A stretch of 64,000 nt of DNA from Bacilli bacterium (GCA_017542465.1 JAFXXB010000008.1:17321-81320); one strand, 5' to 3'. Positions 29,601-40,369 are shown, numbered from the stretch's first letter. Translations and numbers: made by a program. Notes: generated by a model not told the origin, from the sequence alone.

Positions 29601-32600
29601 CATATCCATTGGTCTTAGTTGGTATGTCAGGATCTGCTATTGAATATACCATAGGTGTGGCAGTTCCACCTTTAAATACCGGATTGTTAAATTCAACGTA
29701 ACCACCCACATTATAAACAGCCTTACCAAATGCATCATCATATTTATCAGCTCTATCATTAACTGATAATTCAACACCATTTAGATATAATTTAGCATCT
29801 CTTTTATTTGTTATTAATCTAGACTTATCATAACCATTTGTACTAAGAGACAAATTATTTCCTAAAGTCATAGTATTCTCATTACTTAATATAGGATTAG
29901 AATTTAGTCCCAATGTTACATTCATTGAACCATTATTAATATCTAATATACCTTTATTAGTTATATATTTATCATCTTTTGATGATATAGTTTTTGAGTT
30001 TAAATCTAAAATAATATTCTTATTATTATTTATAGTTACACTTTCATATAGTGAAAAATCATTTAGTATTTTTAAATTACATACTTGATTATCAGGGCAA
30101 GAATTAATAGCATCTTGTAACTTATTAAATTCTATATTATCATCTACATTTAATACATTATTACCTTTAGTTAATGTCCAAGTAATATATGATTCTTCAC
30201 TTCCTTTATTAAGGATATAACCATTAGGAATATTATTAAGACCATAATCATATATCTTTTTACCTTTTAGTATTCCATCATAGAAATCAAATCTCGTATT
30301 CATTCCACGTAATGTTTCTACTTGACCAAATATTAATGGAGAAGTTGTACTTACATGACCATCCTCATCTGTATCATCATTAGTTATTGTTATATTAGCA
30401 TTAACATCATCACTTACATAGATACCATAAACATTTGAAATAACTGATGTATTAATAATTTTTTGTTCATGTTCATTATCAACATAAATACCATAAGCTC
30501 TTTCATTTGGTCCAGTTACATTTATAGTTGAATTAGAAATTACCGCTTTAGAATTATCATCAATAAACACACCACGATTATATGAATCCCAATGAGACGT
30601 AGATAAAGTAATATTTGTATTATTAATATTAGCTACTGCTCTATCATGTAAATATATACCATTAATTCTATCAAATAATCCCTCACCATTTACAATACTT
30701 ATATTAAAACCATCAGTATTAACAATACCATTAGCAGCTTCTATACCATTTGGGTAATAATTACCTTTGTTATTATATATTTCACCACCAAAGCCATTAA
30801 ATACAGCATAACTTTCGACTAATACACTTGTGTTTTTATTTAAAATCTTTCCACCTGTCATATTAACCACAGCAGAATAACCTTCGCGAATTCCAGTTCC
30901 ACCTGTTGAATTTGTTGAATTTGTAATAATTCCACCTTGATAATCTATAATGCTATTTTCACTAAATAGAATCTCACCATCACCAGCATCCTTATAATCA
31001 ACATTCTTAACTACCACATTACCATGATTAATTAAATCAATTATTTCACCATTATATTCAATATTAATATTTATAATATGATGATCACTTCCATATGTAG
31101 ATCCAAAGTGTAAATAGTATTTTTCTCCACCTTGAATAGTTGTTGAATATGATTGAACACTATATGATTTATTACTATCATTATCATTTACAAAAGGAGT
31201 ATCAGCTGATGTAGGTGCCGTTGAAGTTTTAGTAATCCAAGCCTTAATTTTATAACCACCTAGTGATATATTTGAGAAGTTTAATTTAACCTCACCATTA
31301 TAATCAGTTAAATCTAAAGGTAAGCATCCAGATGATCCCCAATAATCTAAATTAATTACACCATTTTTATAAGTAATATCACCTGAATTATAAACAAAAT
31401 TATCCATTTCAACTGGTTTAGCCATTGTATAAATACCACTTGTTGCACCCGATATAGTTTTAGATTTCATTATTGCACCATCAATTTCAACATAACCACC
31501 TATGTTTTTAATTAATGTTCCATCATTTCTTACTTTATTTATATTAGATTTACCACCATTATTTATTAATGTTGCATTATTAATCAAATATAGTTTACCA
31601 GTTTGATTATTTGTAATTAAAGTAGATTTAATAACTTCATAGAAATTAAGTGTTGCACCATCTATCGTTAAAACACCATTATTTTCTATAATAGTTGCAA
31701 AATCAGATGCAGATTCACTATCTAGTAATCCATTCTTAAATGTTATAATACCATTGTTTAAAATATTATATGAATCACTAGTTGTAATTTTCAGATTATT
31801 TAAATCAAAACTAATATTCTTTGTATTTTTAATTTCCAATTGATATCCTAATGAAGTTTGATATAAAAGTTTCAAATTACATAATGTATCTTTTGGACAA
31901 TCATCAACTGCTTTTTGTATTTTTGAATATTTTACACCAGTATCAATATTTTCAACTAAATCCAACTTTTGTAGAACAACAGTATTTAAGTTTCCATCAG
32001 TACCATAAACTAAATCATAATCTTCAGGTCTATCTGATACACCACCATATATTTGAGTTTCACCTTTGATAATACCATCGTAGAAATTAAAGGTTCCGGC
32101 CTTATGATAAATACCATAAGTAGTACCAGATACAACTGGTGTTGTTTGACTTACATCATCATCATTATTTGATAAAGTTATAGTAGAATCACTGTTTTCG
32201 TAAGTTATAATTCCATATACATTCGTAGTACCATTTGCAATTATAGATGATGAATTAACATTTAAATACATAGCTTCAGTTAAACGAACGCCGTATAGAT
32301 TTTTTGAATTTGAACTACCTGTAATATTAATTGATGTATTATTTAAATTAACATAACGAGGAACATATGGATAACCATATTCTGTATCTATACCATATAA
32401 ACTTCCACCGCCACTTAAATTAATACTTCCACCATTCATCGTTAATTTATTTCTATTAGGTCTTACATATATACCTCTAGAATTACTATTAGAATTTGAT
32501 GTTATATTAATATCATCAATATCAACTATTGATTCATCCATATATAATCCAATAAAATCATTTTGTTTAGTATCATCAACAATATCTAAACCATTAATAT

Positions 32601-35600
32601 AACCATATGAACCTGATGAAAATTTTATTGGTTGGTCTTTGTTATATATCAAACCACCTGATGTATATAGTCTTGATCCATGATTAAGTAATATACCTGT
32701 TCCATATCTACTTGTTGTACTATTCTTAATAATACCATCATTGAATGTAAATTTGCCATTATTTAGAATAATTGATGGATTAGTTCCCTTTTCAATCAAG
32801 GTTAAATCATTGGCTACGATATTACCTACATTAAATAAGCTTTTTTCATTATTATTTTGAGTAATAATTATATCTCTAAATACTAATTGACCACTCTCAA
32901 AAACAAAATAATAATTCTTTCCACCCATTACAGTTGTAGATGCAAAACCAATTTCACTCTTATTATTTGAATAGAATTCAGTTAAATTATCTAAATCTTC
33001 ACCTATATAAAATTTAAAACTATCATCAGATAAAGTATTATAATCAATTTTTATCTCAACATTTCCAGAATAATCAGATAAATCAATTGGTAAATAACCA
33101 TGTCCAGTATAATATGTTTTTACAATGCCATTCTCATATGTATAATTATCACCAGATAATTTAGTGAATTTAGGAGGTATTGCTATACCATATATAGCGT
33201 TTGCACTTGCATTTTTACTACTCTTTGAGTAAACATTCATTGTTCCACCATTAATTTCTGAATATCCACCCTCATTATATAAAATATAACCATCTATATT
33301 CCCACCATCAAAGTCATTAATTTGATCATATGTTCCGTCATTTATATATAATTTACCAGTATAATTGTTTTTAAACACTCTAAGGAATCTATAAGTTCCC
33401 GTAGACATTTTCGTATTTTCTCCATTAACGGTCATAATATTATTATTTTCAAATAAAGCTTGCATACTATTAGCTGAAATATTAGATACATCTATATTAT
33501 TAACAGTTACATTACCATTATTTAATAATCCGCTTGTTCTATTAAATTCAAATATTATTTTACAATCACTTATATTTAATGTGTTATTATTAATAATTTG
33601 ATGAGATTTAATTAAACCTTTATTTTCACTATTATCAACTATATTTAATACTCCATTATTAATCAAACCAGCACCTAAATATAAGTTTTTACCATTTAAA
33701 TCAATAGTTATATTTTGACTGTTCTTAATTGTATTTGAATAGTTAGCCATTTCATATAGATTATCAGCTAATACTCTTAATGTCCCAGAATCACCAATAC
33801 TAGTTAATGCATTTCCTATAGAAGAATACATAATTCCTGATTCAACATGTAAAACATTATTTTGTTTTTCCTTAGTTTGTTTAATGAATTTATAATTATC
33901 ATCACTGCCATTCAATAAATAGTATGATTCTTCAATATCATTAATCAAAGTATATGATGCTTCATTTTTACCATATATAATTCCATCATAAAAATTAAAC
34001 ATAGCGGTTGGAGAATAGACACCATATCTTTCCGATTTAATATATCCGGCTTTATCATTATAAACACCATTTTGAGTTCCATAATATATAGTTCCAGAAC
34101 CTGTATTATATATACCATCTGTAACAAATTTAACATGATCAGTAGATTGATTAATAGAAACATCATTAAGATAAATAGGACCGCTACCAACATTATATAT
34201 TCCTCTAATAAGTGATAAAGGTGTTGGTTCAGAATCAAAGAATGAAGCTGCTTGTCCTGTTTCATTTATTGTAACTTGATTTAGTATCAATGTTGATTCA
34301 TTACTCTTTTTTATAGCAGAATATGGATTTATAGGAATCCAACGAGTTTTTGTAGTAATATTTGAATTCATTATGACATTATTAAAAGTTGTTAAACCTG
34401 TATTATCAATATTAATTTGTTGATATGCATTATGATATAATTCTTTTTCATAATTAAATGTAGAATCTGATACAGTTACTGGAAATCTAGATGTATTATT
34501 AAAATCTCCCGTAAACGTAACATGACTTGCGTTAAATGTATAATTATTTTCTACATTATTAATTATTCCACCATTAACATTTATATAAGCCAAATCTTTA
34601 ATGCCATAAGTAGCATCATATACATCTTCATTAGTTATTTGATCAATAGTACCATCTTCTATATTAATTTTTGATTTATAATTATATACCTCATCAATAG
34701 TTCCACCATTAATATAAATTAATCCTTGATTTCTAGCACCAACTCTAGCATTAAAAGTTCCGTTATTAATAGTTATTTTAGCATTATCATTATTGACTAC
34801 AGATTGAGAACAAGACAAAGTTCCACCATTGATTACGATATTGTCAGAAGCAGATGTATTTGATAAACAATAATATGCATTTGATAATTCTCCATCATTT
34901 ATAGTTAGATGACTAATGCTTGTTTCATATGGTATTAATTCAACTTCCTTAACGGTAAATGTGTTTTCACCTGGGCGTGCATCTTTTGTTAAAGGATAAT
35001 ATATATGTAGATATATCTTTCCATCTCTGACTATTCCATCTCTTTCAGCTATTTGATCTCCTCTAGTTTCCCATAAATCAGAACCACCAGTAACAGGATA
35101 GTCACTTGATGAAATATTAACTCGAGCAACTGCATGAACAGGAGCTACGTGATTATATGTTATTCTTGCTTTTACTTTAGTTCCATTTGGTATACCATTT
35201 GTATCTAATTCAACTAATGCATACGCATTTTTTCCTGGATCTAAACTATTATTTGATACTAAATAACCATCTTCATTTACATTAAAACCATAATCAAAAT
35301 CATATTGGGTTTTATTATAAAATGAAGTATATGTTTTTTTGGCACTTTCAACTAGATTATTAGTGTAATAATCATCATTCATTATAGAATAACCAGATGA
35401 ATCATAATAATATGTACAATGAGCTCCTTGAATTAAGCCACCATTTACAGTCACAGATCCACCATTATTTTCTAATGCACCTCGACATCCAGTATTTCCT
35501 CCTCTAGTTGAAATAATGGATCCTCCATTTATTGTGATATTTGCATCATGTTCATTATAAATAACTTGTGTAATCTCTGTTTGATATACACCATTATCTA

Positions 35601-37665
35601 TAGTTAAATCTGCGCCCGTTTTATTATATATAGCATATGAATAAACATTATACTCTTTAAAAAATACAGTTTCACCAGTTGAATCTCTTAACTCAAGTTT
35701 TCCAGAATTTGTAATTAATGGTTGTTTTACTGAATTGACAAGTTTATAACTATTCATATCAAGTAATATATTCTTAGTATTATCAATTTCAATTGTGTGA
35801 TCTTTTGTTAAATCTTTAACAACATCTATTTCAATTTGAGTAGTTGAATCACCTTTATATTTATTTGCAGCTTCAATTGCATCTTCAAGTAGTGTATATC
35901 TAGTTTTACCGATTAAAGCTTCAATATTAGATACTAATTCTAATGACATTTTATATCCATTTTCATCAGCAAGAGTACTTGGATCATATAAAGGAGGAGT
36001 ATCATTTACAGCTCCATCAACTGCTACTCTACCAATTATAATACCATCATAATAATTAAATTCTCCATGTTCATCGACAAAAACTCCGCCATCCTTACCA
36101 TAAATATAAGGAGAATTATGATCAGGATACTCAATATGTGCCATATCAGTTGAATTATCTTGTCCTACATTTAATATACCATTATTGTCAATTTTAATTG
36201 CATAATTATTATCACTAGTTACTTTACCAGTACTACTTCCGTGATTATACTTACTTATATCAAAAGTTGTATCACTAAAATAATCATTTAGATTTAATTT
36301 ATCATCAATTATCTTTAATTTCGCTCCATCATTAATCTTAATAGTAGAATCATATTTTGTCGAATGAACATTATAACCATTTAAATCCAATGTTAGGTTA
36401 ACACTTTCTACATCTAAATGTTGATTAGTTATGTCATATTCTATTTGAGCAATTATCTCATCGTCACTTGTAATTCCATTATTAATTAAATCATCATGAA
36501 ATGCTTTTAACGAATAATACTCTCTACCTATTAATTCCGCTTTTGGTGAAGATAAAATTAATATAACTGGTTCTAATTCTATAGGATCTATTTCAGTAAT
36601 ATTTCTTTGTTCAATTGAATAGTTTCCTGCATTATCATATGCATGAAAATAATATGTAGCATTTTCATTTACAGTTACAGAATATGTATTATCACCTGTA
36701 GCAGCAATATAATCATCATCGGATATAACTGACGAAATTGAAAAAGCATATTTACTAATTCCGGATTTACCATTTTCCAAAGTAGCATTTTGATCAACAA
36801 TAGAATAAGAAATTGTAGCTTCATCATGAGTAGCATTTAAAGTGACACCATTGATAATTATACTAGGTTTTAATTTATCAATATTTGTAATATGAAGAAC
36901 AGATATCTTAGAATATCCATCTGTTTTATATTTAGATTTGGCATATAAATAACCATTAGTACTTACCTTTAAATAATTATTCTTATCATATACGACAAAA
37001 TTCTTGGAACTTAATTCTTCATCGCTTAATTCAGTAGTTGAATAATAATATGATATTTCAACATCCTCATTAGCTCTAAGTTTAATTTTATCCTCATTAT
37101 CAGTATATAAAAAAACTATTTTATCATTATCAGATAAAGAAACCTCTTTATTATCACTATCATATAATTTATCTATAAAAGCATGTAAATTATCTTGATA
37201 ATCTATTTTTATAATAGCCTTGCTATATGAAGATTTTAAGCCTTCTCTTTTTTCTGTTGGTATAATAGTAATATCATAAGTGTTACCTTTTTCAATGCCA
37301 TCTAATTTGACTATTACACCATCACCATCTAACACAATTTTATTATTAGGAGCATCAATTATTTCATGCGTATTTACATTCAAATATTGAATAGTTATTT
37401 CTGATGGTGCAGATATTTTGACTTCATTTCCATCAATATTCTCTTTAGATTCATGATCTAAGTACTCTAGAATAAAAGATACACTTGTAGGATTATCTTC
37501 TCCATCAACAAAAGCAGATATGTTATTCATACCTTCATCTAGAGAATAAGATTTATCAAAAAGTTTACTACCCAAAAAAGATAATAGTATTACTATTAAT
37601 AATATAGGTATGACTGTAAAAAGTAATTTTTTAGGTATATTCTTCTTGTCTTTCATTCTAGTCAC
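26695..37665 (-). CDS. giant modular cell-surface protein (3656 aa): signal peptide/anchor, five beta-helix-like modules, Thr-rich stalk, C-terminal TM helix, cytoplasmic degenerate MnmA-like domain
   Basis: Uninterrupted 10.97-kb ORF. N-terminal KK + hydrophobic signal. Asn/Gly/Thr/Tyr-rich segments with recurrent NxG(T/S)(L/I) rungs typical of right-handed beta-helices. The motif F(N/D)(F/Y)YDG(I/V) recurs five times, at nt about 36043-36060, 33978-33995, 32075-32092, 30278-30295 and 28608-28625. TT(E)-rich linker at about 27360-27530. TM WWIVLAVIGGLGIIGLLIWLL at about 27262-27335. C-terminal 215 aa resemble the MnmA N-terminal domain. Confidence 0.8.
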   Translation of the reverse strand: MTRMKDKKNIPKKLLFTVIPILLIVILLSFLGSKLFDKSYSLDEGMNNISAFVDGEDNPTSVSFILEYLDHESKENIDGNEVKISAPSEITIQYLNVNTHEIIDAPNNKIVLDGDGVIVKLDGIEKGNTYDITIIPTEKREGLKSSYSKAIIKIDYQDNLHAFIDKLYDSDNKEVSLSDNDKIVFLYTDNEDKIKLRANEDVEISYYYSTTELSDEELSSKNFVVYDKNNYLKVSTNGYLYAKSKYKTDGYSKISVLHITNIDKLKPSIIINGVTLNATHDEATISYSIVDQNATLENGKSGISKYAFSISSVISDDDYIAATGDNTYSVTVNENATYYFHAYDNAGNYSIEQRNITEIDPIELEPVILILSSPKAELIGREYYSLKAFHDDLINNGITSDDEIIAQIEYDITNQHLDVESVNLTLDLNGYNVHSTKYDSTIKINDGAKLKIIDDKLNLNDYFSDTTFDISKYNHGSSTGKVTSDNNYAIKIDNNGILNVGQDNSTDMAHIEYPDHNSPYIYGKDGGVFVDEHGEFNYYDGIIIGRVAVDGAVNDTPPLYDPSTLADENGYKMSLELVSNIEALIGKTRYTLLEDAIEAANKYKGDSTTQIEIDVVKDLTKDHTIEIDNTKNILLDMNSYKLVNSVKQPLITNSGKLELRDSTGETVFFKEYNVYSYAIYNKTGADLTIDNGVYQTEITQVIYNEHDANITINGGSIISTRGGNTGCRGALENNGGSVTVNGGLIQGAHCTYYYDSSGYSIMNDDYYTNNLVESAKKTYTSFYNKTQYDFDYGFNVNEDGYLVSNNSLDPGKNAYALVELDTNGIPNGTKVKARITYNHVAPVHAVARVNISSSDYPVTGGSDLWETRGDQIAERDGIVRDGKIYLHIYYPLTKDARPGENTFTVKEVELIPYETSISHLTINDGELSNAYYCLSNTSASDNIVINGGTLSCSQSVVNNDNAKITINNGTFNARVGARNQGLIYINGGTIDEVYNYKSKINIEDGTIDQITNEDVYDATYGIKDLAYINVNGGIINNVENNYTFNASHVTFTGDFNNTSRFPVTVSDSTFNYEKELYHNAYQQINIDNTGLTTFNNVIMNSNITTKTRWIPINPYSAIKKSNESTLILNQVTINETGQAASFFDSEPTPLSLIRGIYNVGSGPIYLNDVSINQSTDHVKFVTDGIYNTGSGTIYYGTQNGVYNDKAGYIKSERYGVYSPTAMFNFYDGIIYGKNEASYTLINDIEESYYLLNGSDDNYKFIKQTKEKQNNVLHVESGIMYSSIGNALTSIGDSGTLRVLADNLYEMANYSNTIKNSQNITIDLNGKNLYLGAGLINNGVLNIVDNSENKGLIKSHQIINNNTLNISDCKIIFEFNRTSGLLNNGNVTVNNIDVSNISANSMQALFENNNIMTVNGENTKMSTGTYRFLRVFKNNYTGKLYINDGTYDQINDFDGGNIDGYILYNEGGYSEINGGTMNVYSKSSKNASANAIYGIAIPPKFTKLSGDNYTYENGIVKTYYTGHGYLPIDLSDYSGNVEIKIDYNTLSDDSFKFYIGEDLDNLTEFYSNNKSEIGFASTTVMGGKNYYFVFESGQLVFRDIIITQNNNEKSLFNVGNIVANDLTLIEKGTNPSIILNNGKFTFNDGIIKNSTTSRYGTGILLNHGSRLYTSGGLIYNKDQPIKFSSGSYGYINGLDIVDDTKQNDFIGLYMDESIVDIDDINITSNSNSNSRGIYVRPNRNKLTMNGGSINLSGGGSLYGIDTEYGYPYVPRYVNLNNTSINITGSSNSKNLYGVRLTEAMYLNVNSSSIIANGTTNVYGIITYENSDSTITLSNNDDDVSQTTPVVSGTTYGIYHKAGTFNFYDGIIKGETQIYGGVSDRPEDYDLVYGTDGNLNTVVLQKLDLVENIDTGVKYSKIQKAVDDCPKDTLCNLKLLYQTSLGYQLEIKNTKNISFDLNNLKITTSDSYNILNNGIITFKNGLLDSESASDFATIIENNGVLTIDGATLNFYEVIKSTLITNNQTGKLYLINNATLINNGGKSNINKVRNDGTLIKNIGGYVEIDGAIMKSKTISGATSGIYTMAKPVEMDNFVYNSGDITYKNGVINLDYWGSSGCLPLDLTDYNGEVKLNFSNISLGGYKIKAWITKTSTAPTSADTPFVNDNDSNKSYSVQSYSTTIQGGEKYYLHFGSTYGSDHHIININIEYNGEIIDLINHGNVVVKNVDYKDAGDGEILFSENSIIDYQGGIITNSTNSTGGTGIREGYSAVVNMTGGKILNKNTSVLVESYAVFNGFGGEIYNNKGNYYPNGIEAANGIVNTDGFNISIVNGEGLFDRINGIYLHDRAVANINNTNITLSTSHWDSYNRGVFIDDNSKAVISNSTINVTGPNERAYGIYVDNEHEQKIINTSVISNVYGIYVSDDVNANITITNDDTDEDGHVSTTSPLIFGQVETLRGMNTRFDFYDGILKGKKIYDYGLNNIPNGYILNKGSEESYITWTLTKGNNVLNVDDNIEFNKLQDAINSCPDNQVCNLKILNDFSLYESVTINNNKNIILDLNSKTISSKDDKYITNKGILDINNGSMNVTLGLNSNPILSNENTMTLGNNLSLSTNGYDKSRLITNKRDAKLYLNGVELSVNDRADKYDDAFGKAVYNVGGYVEFNNPVFKGGTATPMVYSIADPDIPTKTNGYDISITNGVIDSYSRTSYYIPIDLRDYSNTLEIKVLFNSLAKTTYKFYITDSVEPPTTLATPVYTTDVIDRYGEFTTSLTGGSQYYLHVVCNGSAYLNDVQIIDGNNKKSLLHRGSIVINDMDVTHTGSDSFIYTLNSEVLVKNGEIKQTGSPVGRGITVSQSSDLNIENITYTNKNVGIRAEGYSNVYIKHMNYTTTTTNGGVALDLYNSKTVVDDINIDLTCTYGSVSGINTSDYAQLLVKKANINGDLNTYAALIEVSGNSNVTLLNDVVVNANSSVSDANNIYAIKQSASSTLTIGVNDGVVSTTKPYFYGKNVGLYKGDGTFNFYDGVFESPNTPISGLANNVPEHYHVIIAGNKSYLAVESHLDNSFEYNNQYFASLNDVIDVISEQTNKTGTIKVGNDVLVESTVTIPSSVNITLALEGHTLNFDGLEKGIINQGTLTIIDDPNGEIEPNDTSSMENANGIVIDNQGVLIIGEIGKCNNNSPIIRGAAAITGNSYTKVTGQVISTDNSLSNIIANAGKAIVRFFKSLIQPTFAYKTNEYQVNNLDNKVALTDNPKIKTKEDLSVWTNQDINIGMTAHNYGVLNIASSIDDNQVKTIKYTVELYKNTAKVDSFEKTKEVQILSNEKIEVDVQYFENAHTLYDGFSLKRVFMNDNQLPSHGGVVEIDPEVEDGTVFKLYFDEIPTTTTSSSTSNETGTRPPRKTSTPTDTTKPTEETTEETTTEETTETTRRRTTTEEVKGDDIEIHVKKPFPWWIVLAVIGGLGIIGLLIWLLPILLRKKVLIGISGSVGSAVAAKLLQEKNYKVSALFINNGKNLDQLTYARQVCDKLGIDLYEQDITQVSKDNINKTITSYPTIDLNKVYNKYVLIDTLKMVSKDLHIGHISCGVYARKEGNKIIPGVNQVFDESEKMSLLSEEDIKKLVLPLGEIEYQDINKIAEANNVNFRSEKVDAKDKIGINNIPNE

Positions 37666-37724
37666 CTACTATATAAATAATAACATTTATGCAATAGTTT
37701 TTTCAATATTTTACATTCAATTTA

Positions 37725-37755
37725 TAAAAAAACTAAGTAATTTTATTTACTTAGT
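37725..37755 (-). terminator. rho-independent terminator of htpG (stem CTAAGTAA / TTACTTAG plus T-run)
   Basis: Hairpin overlapping the htpG stop, followed by TTTTTTT on the minus strand. Confidence 0.45.
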
Positions 37756-39554
37756 TCTTCACATATTAAATTAGTTATTTCTGTAGGATTATCTATAGGT
37801 AATCCTTCAATTAATCTTGCTTGAGCATATAATACTTTAGATAACTTTTCTAATTCTTCTTTATTATTATCTTTTTCTAGTTTAATAAGTTTATCAGCTA
37901 TAGGATGTTCTTTATTAATTTCTAATACTTTAACAGCTGATACACTTTGATCTGTAGGCATAGCATTTATGATTTTCTCCATCTCAATTGTTATATCACC
38001 TACAGATGATAAACCAACTGGATGTTTACCTAATCTATTTGTAAATTTAACATCTGATATATCAGATATAGATGCTTTCATTATATCTAACATACTCTTA
38101 TTATCTTCATTATATTTCTTTAATTCTTCTTTTTCTGCATCAGTAGATAAATCCGTTTCTTCTTTTTGAATATTTATTAATTCTTTACCATCATATGTAT
38201 GAAGTGTTTGCATAACAAATTCATCTAAATAGTTATCACAATAAAGGATTTCTATATCTTTATCCTTATAATTATCCACTATAGGTAAGTTATCAATCTT
38301 ATCTATTGTTTCACCACATACATAGTAGATTTTATCATTACTTCTTTCACTTATTTCTTTTAATGTAACCAACTTCTTATCTTTAGATGAAGTAAATAAT
38401 AACAAGTCTTGAAGTTTTTCTTTATCCATACCCCAATTGTTATAACATCCAAATTTTAAATTCATTCCAAACTCTTTAAAGAATTCTTCATATTTTTCTC
38501 TGTTGTCATTTAAGAAAGATTCTAATTCTTTAGTGATTTTAGTATCTAATGATTTAGCTATTGTTTGTACTACGCTATCTTGTTGTAATGTTTCTCTTGA
38601 TATATTTAATGATAAATCTTCAGAGTCTACTATACCTTTAATAAATGAATAATAATCAGGCACTAGTTCTTTACATTTATCCATAATTAATACACCATTA
38701 GAATATAATTGTAAGCCCTTTTCATAATCCTTAGTATAAAAATCAGGAGCAGCTTTTGAAGGAATAAATATTAATGATCTATAATTTACTTTACCTTCAA
38801 TAGAAGATTTAATATGCATGATAGGTTCATTGTAATCAACAAACTTATCCATATAATATGCATTATAATCTTCATCAGATACATTTGTTTTCTTCCATAT
38901 AGGAACCATACTATTTAATACTTCATCATTCATCTTAATTGGATATGTAATATAATCAGAGTATTTCTTAATTAATTCTTTAATTTTATGATCATGTAAG
39001 TATTCAGAATAATTAAAATCCTCTTCATCATCTTTTAAAGTAATAATTATATCTGTACCTACTTCTTCTCTTTCACCATCATTTATTGTATATCCATCAA
39101 TTCCTGATGATTCCCAAGTATAAGCTTTATCTTCTCCATATGCTTTAGATATAACTTTAATATTCTTAGCTACCATGAATGCTGAATAGAATCCAACACC
39201 AAATCTACCAATTATATCAATATCTTCCTTATGTTCATTTTCTGCTTTAAATACTTCTGAACCAGATTTAGCTATAGTACCTAAGTTATTTTCTAATTCA
39301 TCCTTAGTCATACCAATACCATTATCAGAAATGGTTATAGTTTTAGCATCTTCATCAATTGATATATTAATACATAAATCATCTTTATTTACTTTAATCT
39401 TTCTATCAGTTAATGATTTATAATATAATTTATCAATTGCATCTGATGCATTAGATATAATCTCTCTTAAGAATATATCCTTGTTTGTATATATGGAATT
39501 AATCATTAAATCCATAAGTTTCTTTGATTCTGTTTTAAATTGCTTTTTAGCCAT
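37743..39554 (-). CDS. htpG: Chaperone HtpG (Hsp90)
   Basis: 603 aa. N-terminal GHKL ATPase signature FLREIISNASDAIDK and GxGxG (IGRFGVGFYS). Hsp90 middle and C-terminal domains. Confidence 0.95.
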   Translation of the reverse strand: MAKKQFKTESKKLMDLMINSIYTNKDIFLREIISNASDAIDKLYYKSLTDRKIKVNKDDLCINISIDEDAKTITISDNGIGMTKDELENNLGTIAKSGSEVFKAENEHKEDIDIIGRFGVGFYSAFMVAKNIKVISKAYGEDKAYTWESSGIDGYTINDGEREEVGTDIIITLKDDEEDFNYSEYLHDHKIKELIKKYSDYITYPIKMNDEVLNSMVPIWKKTNVSDEDYNAYYMDKFVDYNEPIMHIKSSIEGKVNYRSLIFIPSKAAPDFYTKDYEKGLQLYSNGVLIMDKCKELVPDYYSFIKGIVDSEDLSLNISRETLQQDSVVQTIAKSLDTKITKELESFLNDNREKYEEFFKEFGMNLKFGCYNNWGMDKEKLQDLLLFTSSKDKKLVTLKEISERSNDKIYYVCGETIDKIDNLPIVDNYKDKDIEILYCDNYLDEFVMQTLHTYDGKELINIQKEETDLSTDAEKEELKKYNEDNKSMLDIMKASISDISDVKFTNRLGKHPVGLSSVGDITIEMEKIINAMPTDQSVSAVKVLEINKEHPIADKLIKLEKDNNKEELEKLSKVLYAQARLIEGLPIDNPTEITNLICEELSK

Positions 39555-39652
39555 TTTTACACTTCCTTACAATTAATGTTATAGCACCATTAATTAGCAC
39601 TGTCAATAGTTAAGTGCTAATAGAATAGTAAAGAAAAAGCATAGTACTTAAA

Positions 39653-40276
39653 CTATGCTTTATATAATTGAACTATATAATATGTATTACCAGATTTAGC
39701 TAAACCTATACCTACATATCTAAAGTCCTTCATTAAAATGTTAGCTTTATGAGATGGTGAATTCATTAAGGCTACGTGTGCTTTCTCAACATTTGTAAAT
39801 CCTCTAGCTAAGTTCTCACCAGCATGTGAGTATTTAATTCCTGTTTCATTTAATACAGTATACCATTTATCTCCATTTGGTCTTTGGTGTTCAAAATAAT
39901 TATTATCTCTCATCTCAGCAGCTCTTATGTTTGCAGCTTTTGTTAAACCATAATCATATTTGACAGGTTTTAATCCAGCTTTTGTTCTTTCCTCATTAAT
40001 TAAGTTTATCATTTGTTCTTCTAATGATAATTCTTTATTAACTGTTGTTTGAGTTGTTTCTACCTTTTTAGTAGTAGTTACCTTTTTAGTTGTAGTAACT
40101 TTCTTTGTTGTTTTTTCTTCTTGTTTTAATGGCTCTACTTCATCGGAAGTATTTCCATTATTACTATAAGCAATTTGATCAACTACCATCTCTGGTACAT
40201 TAATCTTATTGTTTACAGTACATCCAGTAAATAATAATATTGCTAATAATAAAATACATAATCTCTTATCAACCAT
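39653..40276 (-). CDS. CAP/SCP/PR-1-like domain lipoprotein (YkwD-like)
   Basis: Lipobox LFTGC and TTKKV repeats. C-terminal CAP-domain motifs (HAGENLARGF...HKANILMKDFRYVGIG). Confidence 0.55.
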   Translation of the reverse strand: MVDKRLCILLLAILLFTGCTVNNKINVPEMVVDQIAYSNNGNTSDEVEPLKQEEKTTKKVTTTKKVTTTKKVETTQTTVNKELSLEEQMINLINEERTKAGLKPVKYDYGLTKAANIRAAEMRDNNYFEHQRPNGDKWYTVLNETGIKYSHAGENLARGFTNVEKAHVALMNSPSHKANILMKDFRYVGIGLAKSGNTYYIVQLYKA

Positions 40277-40369
40277 ACCCTATTTCCCCTTTTGTTAGTT
40301 GTATATTATAACAAAAAGAGGCTTAAAAAGCAAAAATATATACGAACACATATTCGTATATATTTTATA

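Noticed and set aside
26695-37665. Possibility that the repeated approximately 2-kb modules are a CRISPR array, IS elements or an assembly artefact
   Set aside because: The repeats are coding, in frame and diverged at protein level (module lengths 557-688 aa), not short direct repeats with spacers. No transposase or integrase ORF was found. An uninterrupted 3656-codon frame is unlikely by chance in AT-rich DNA.
25772-37700. tRNA-Ser-flanked giant-gene region as an integrated genomic island
   Set aside because: There is no integrase, no direct repeat of the tRNA 3' end, and no compositional break that I can see by eye. Adjacency to the tRNA alone is insufficient evidence.
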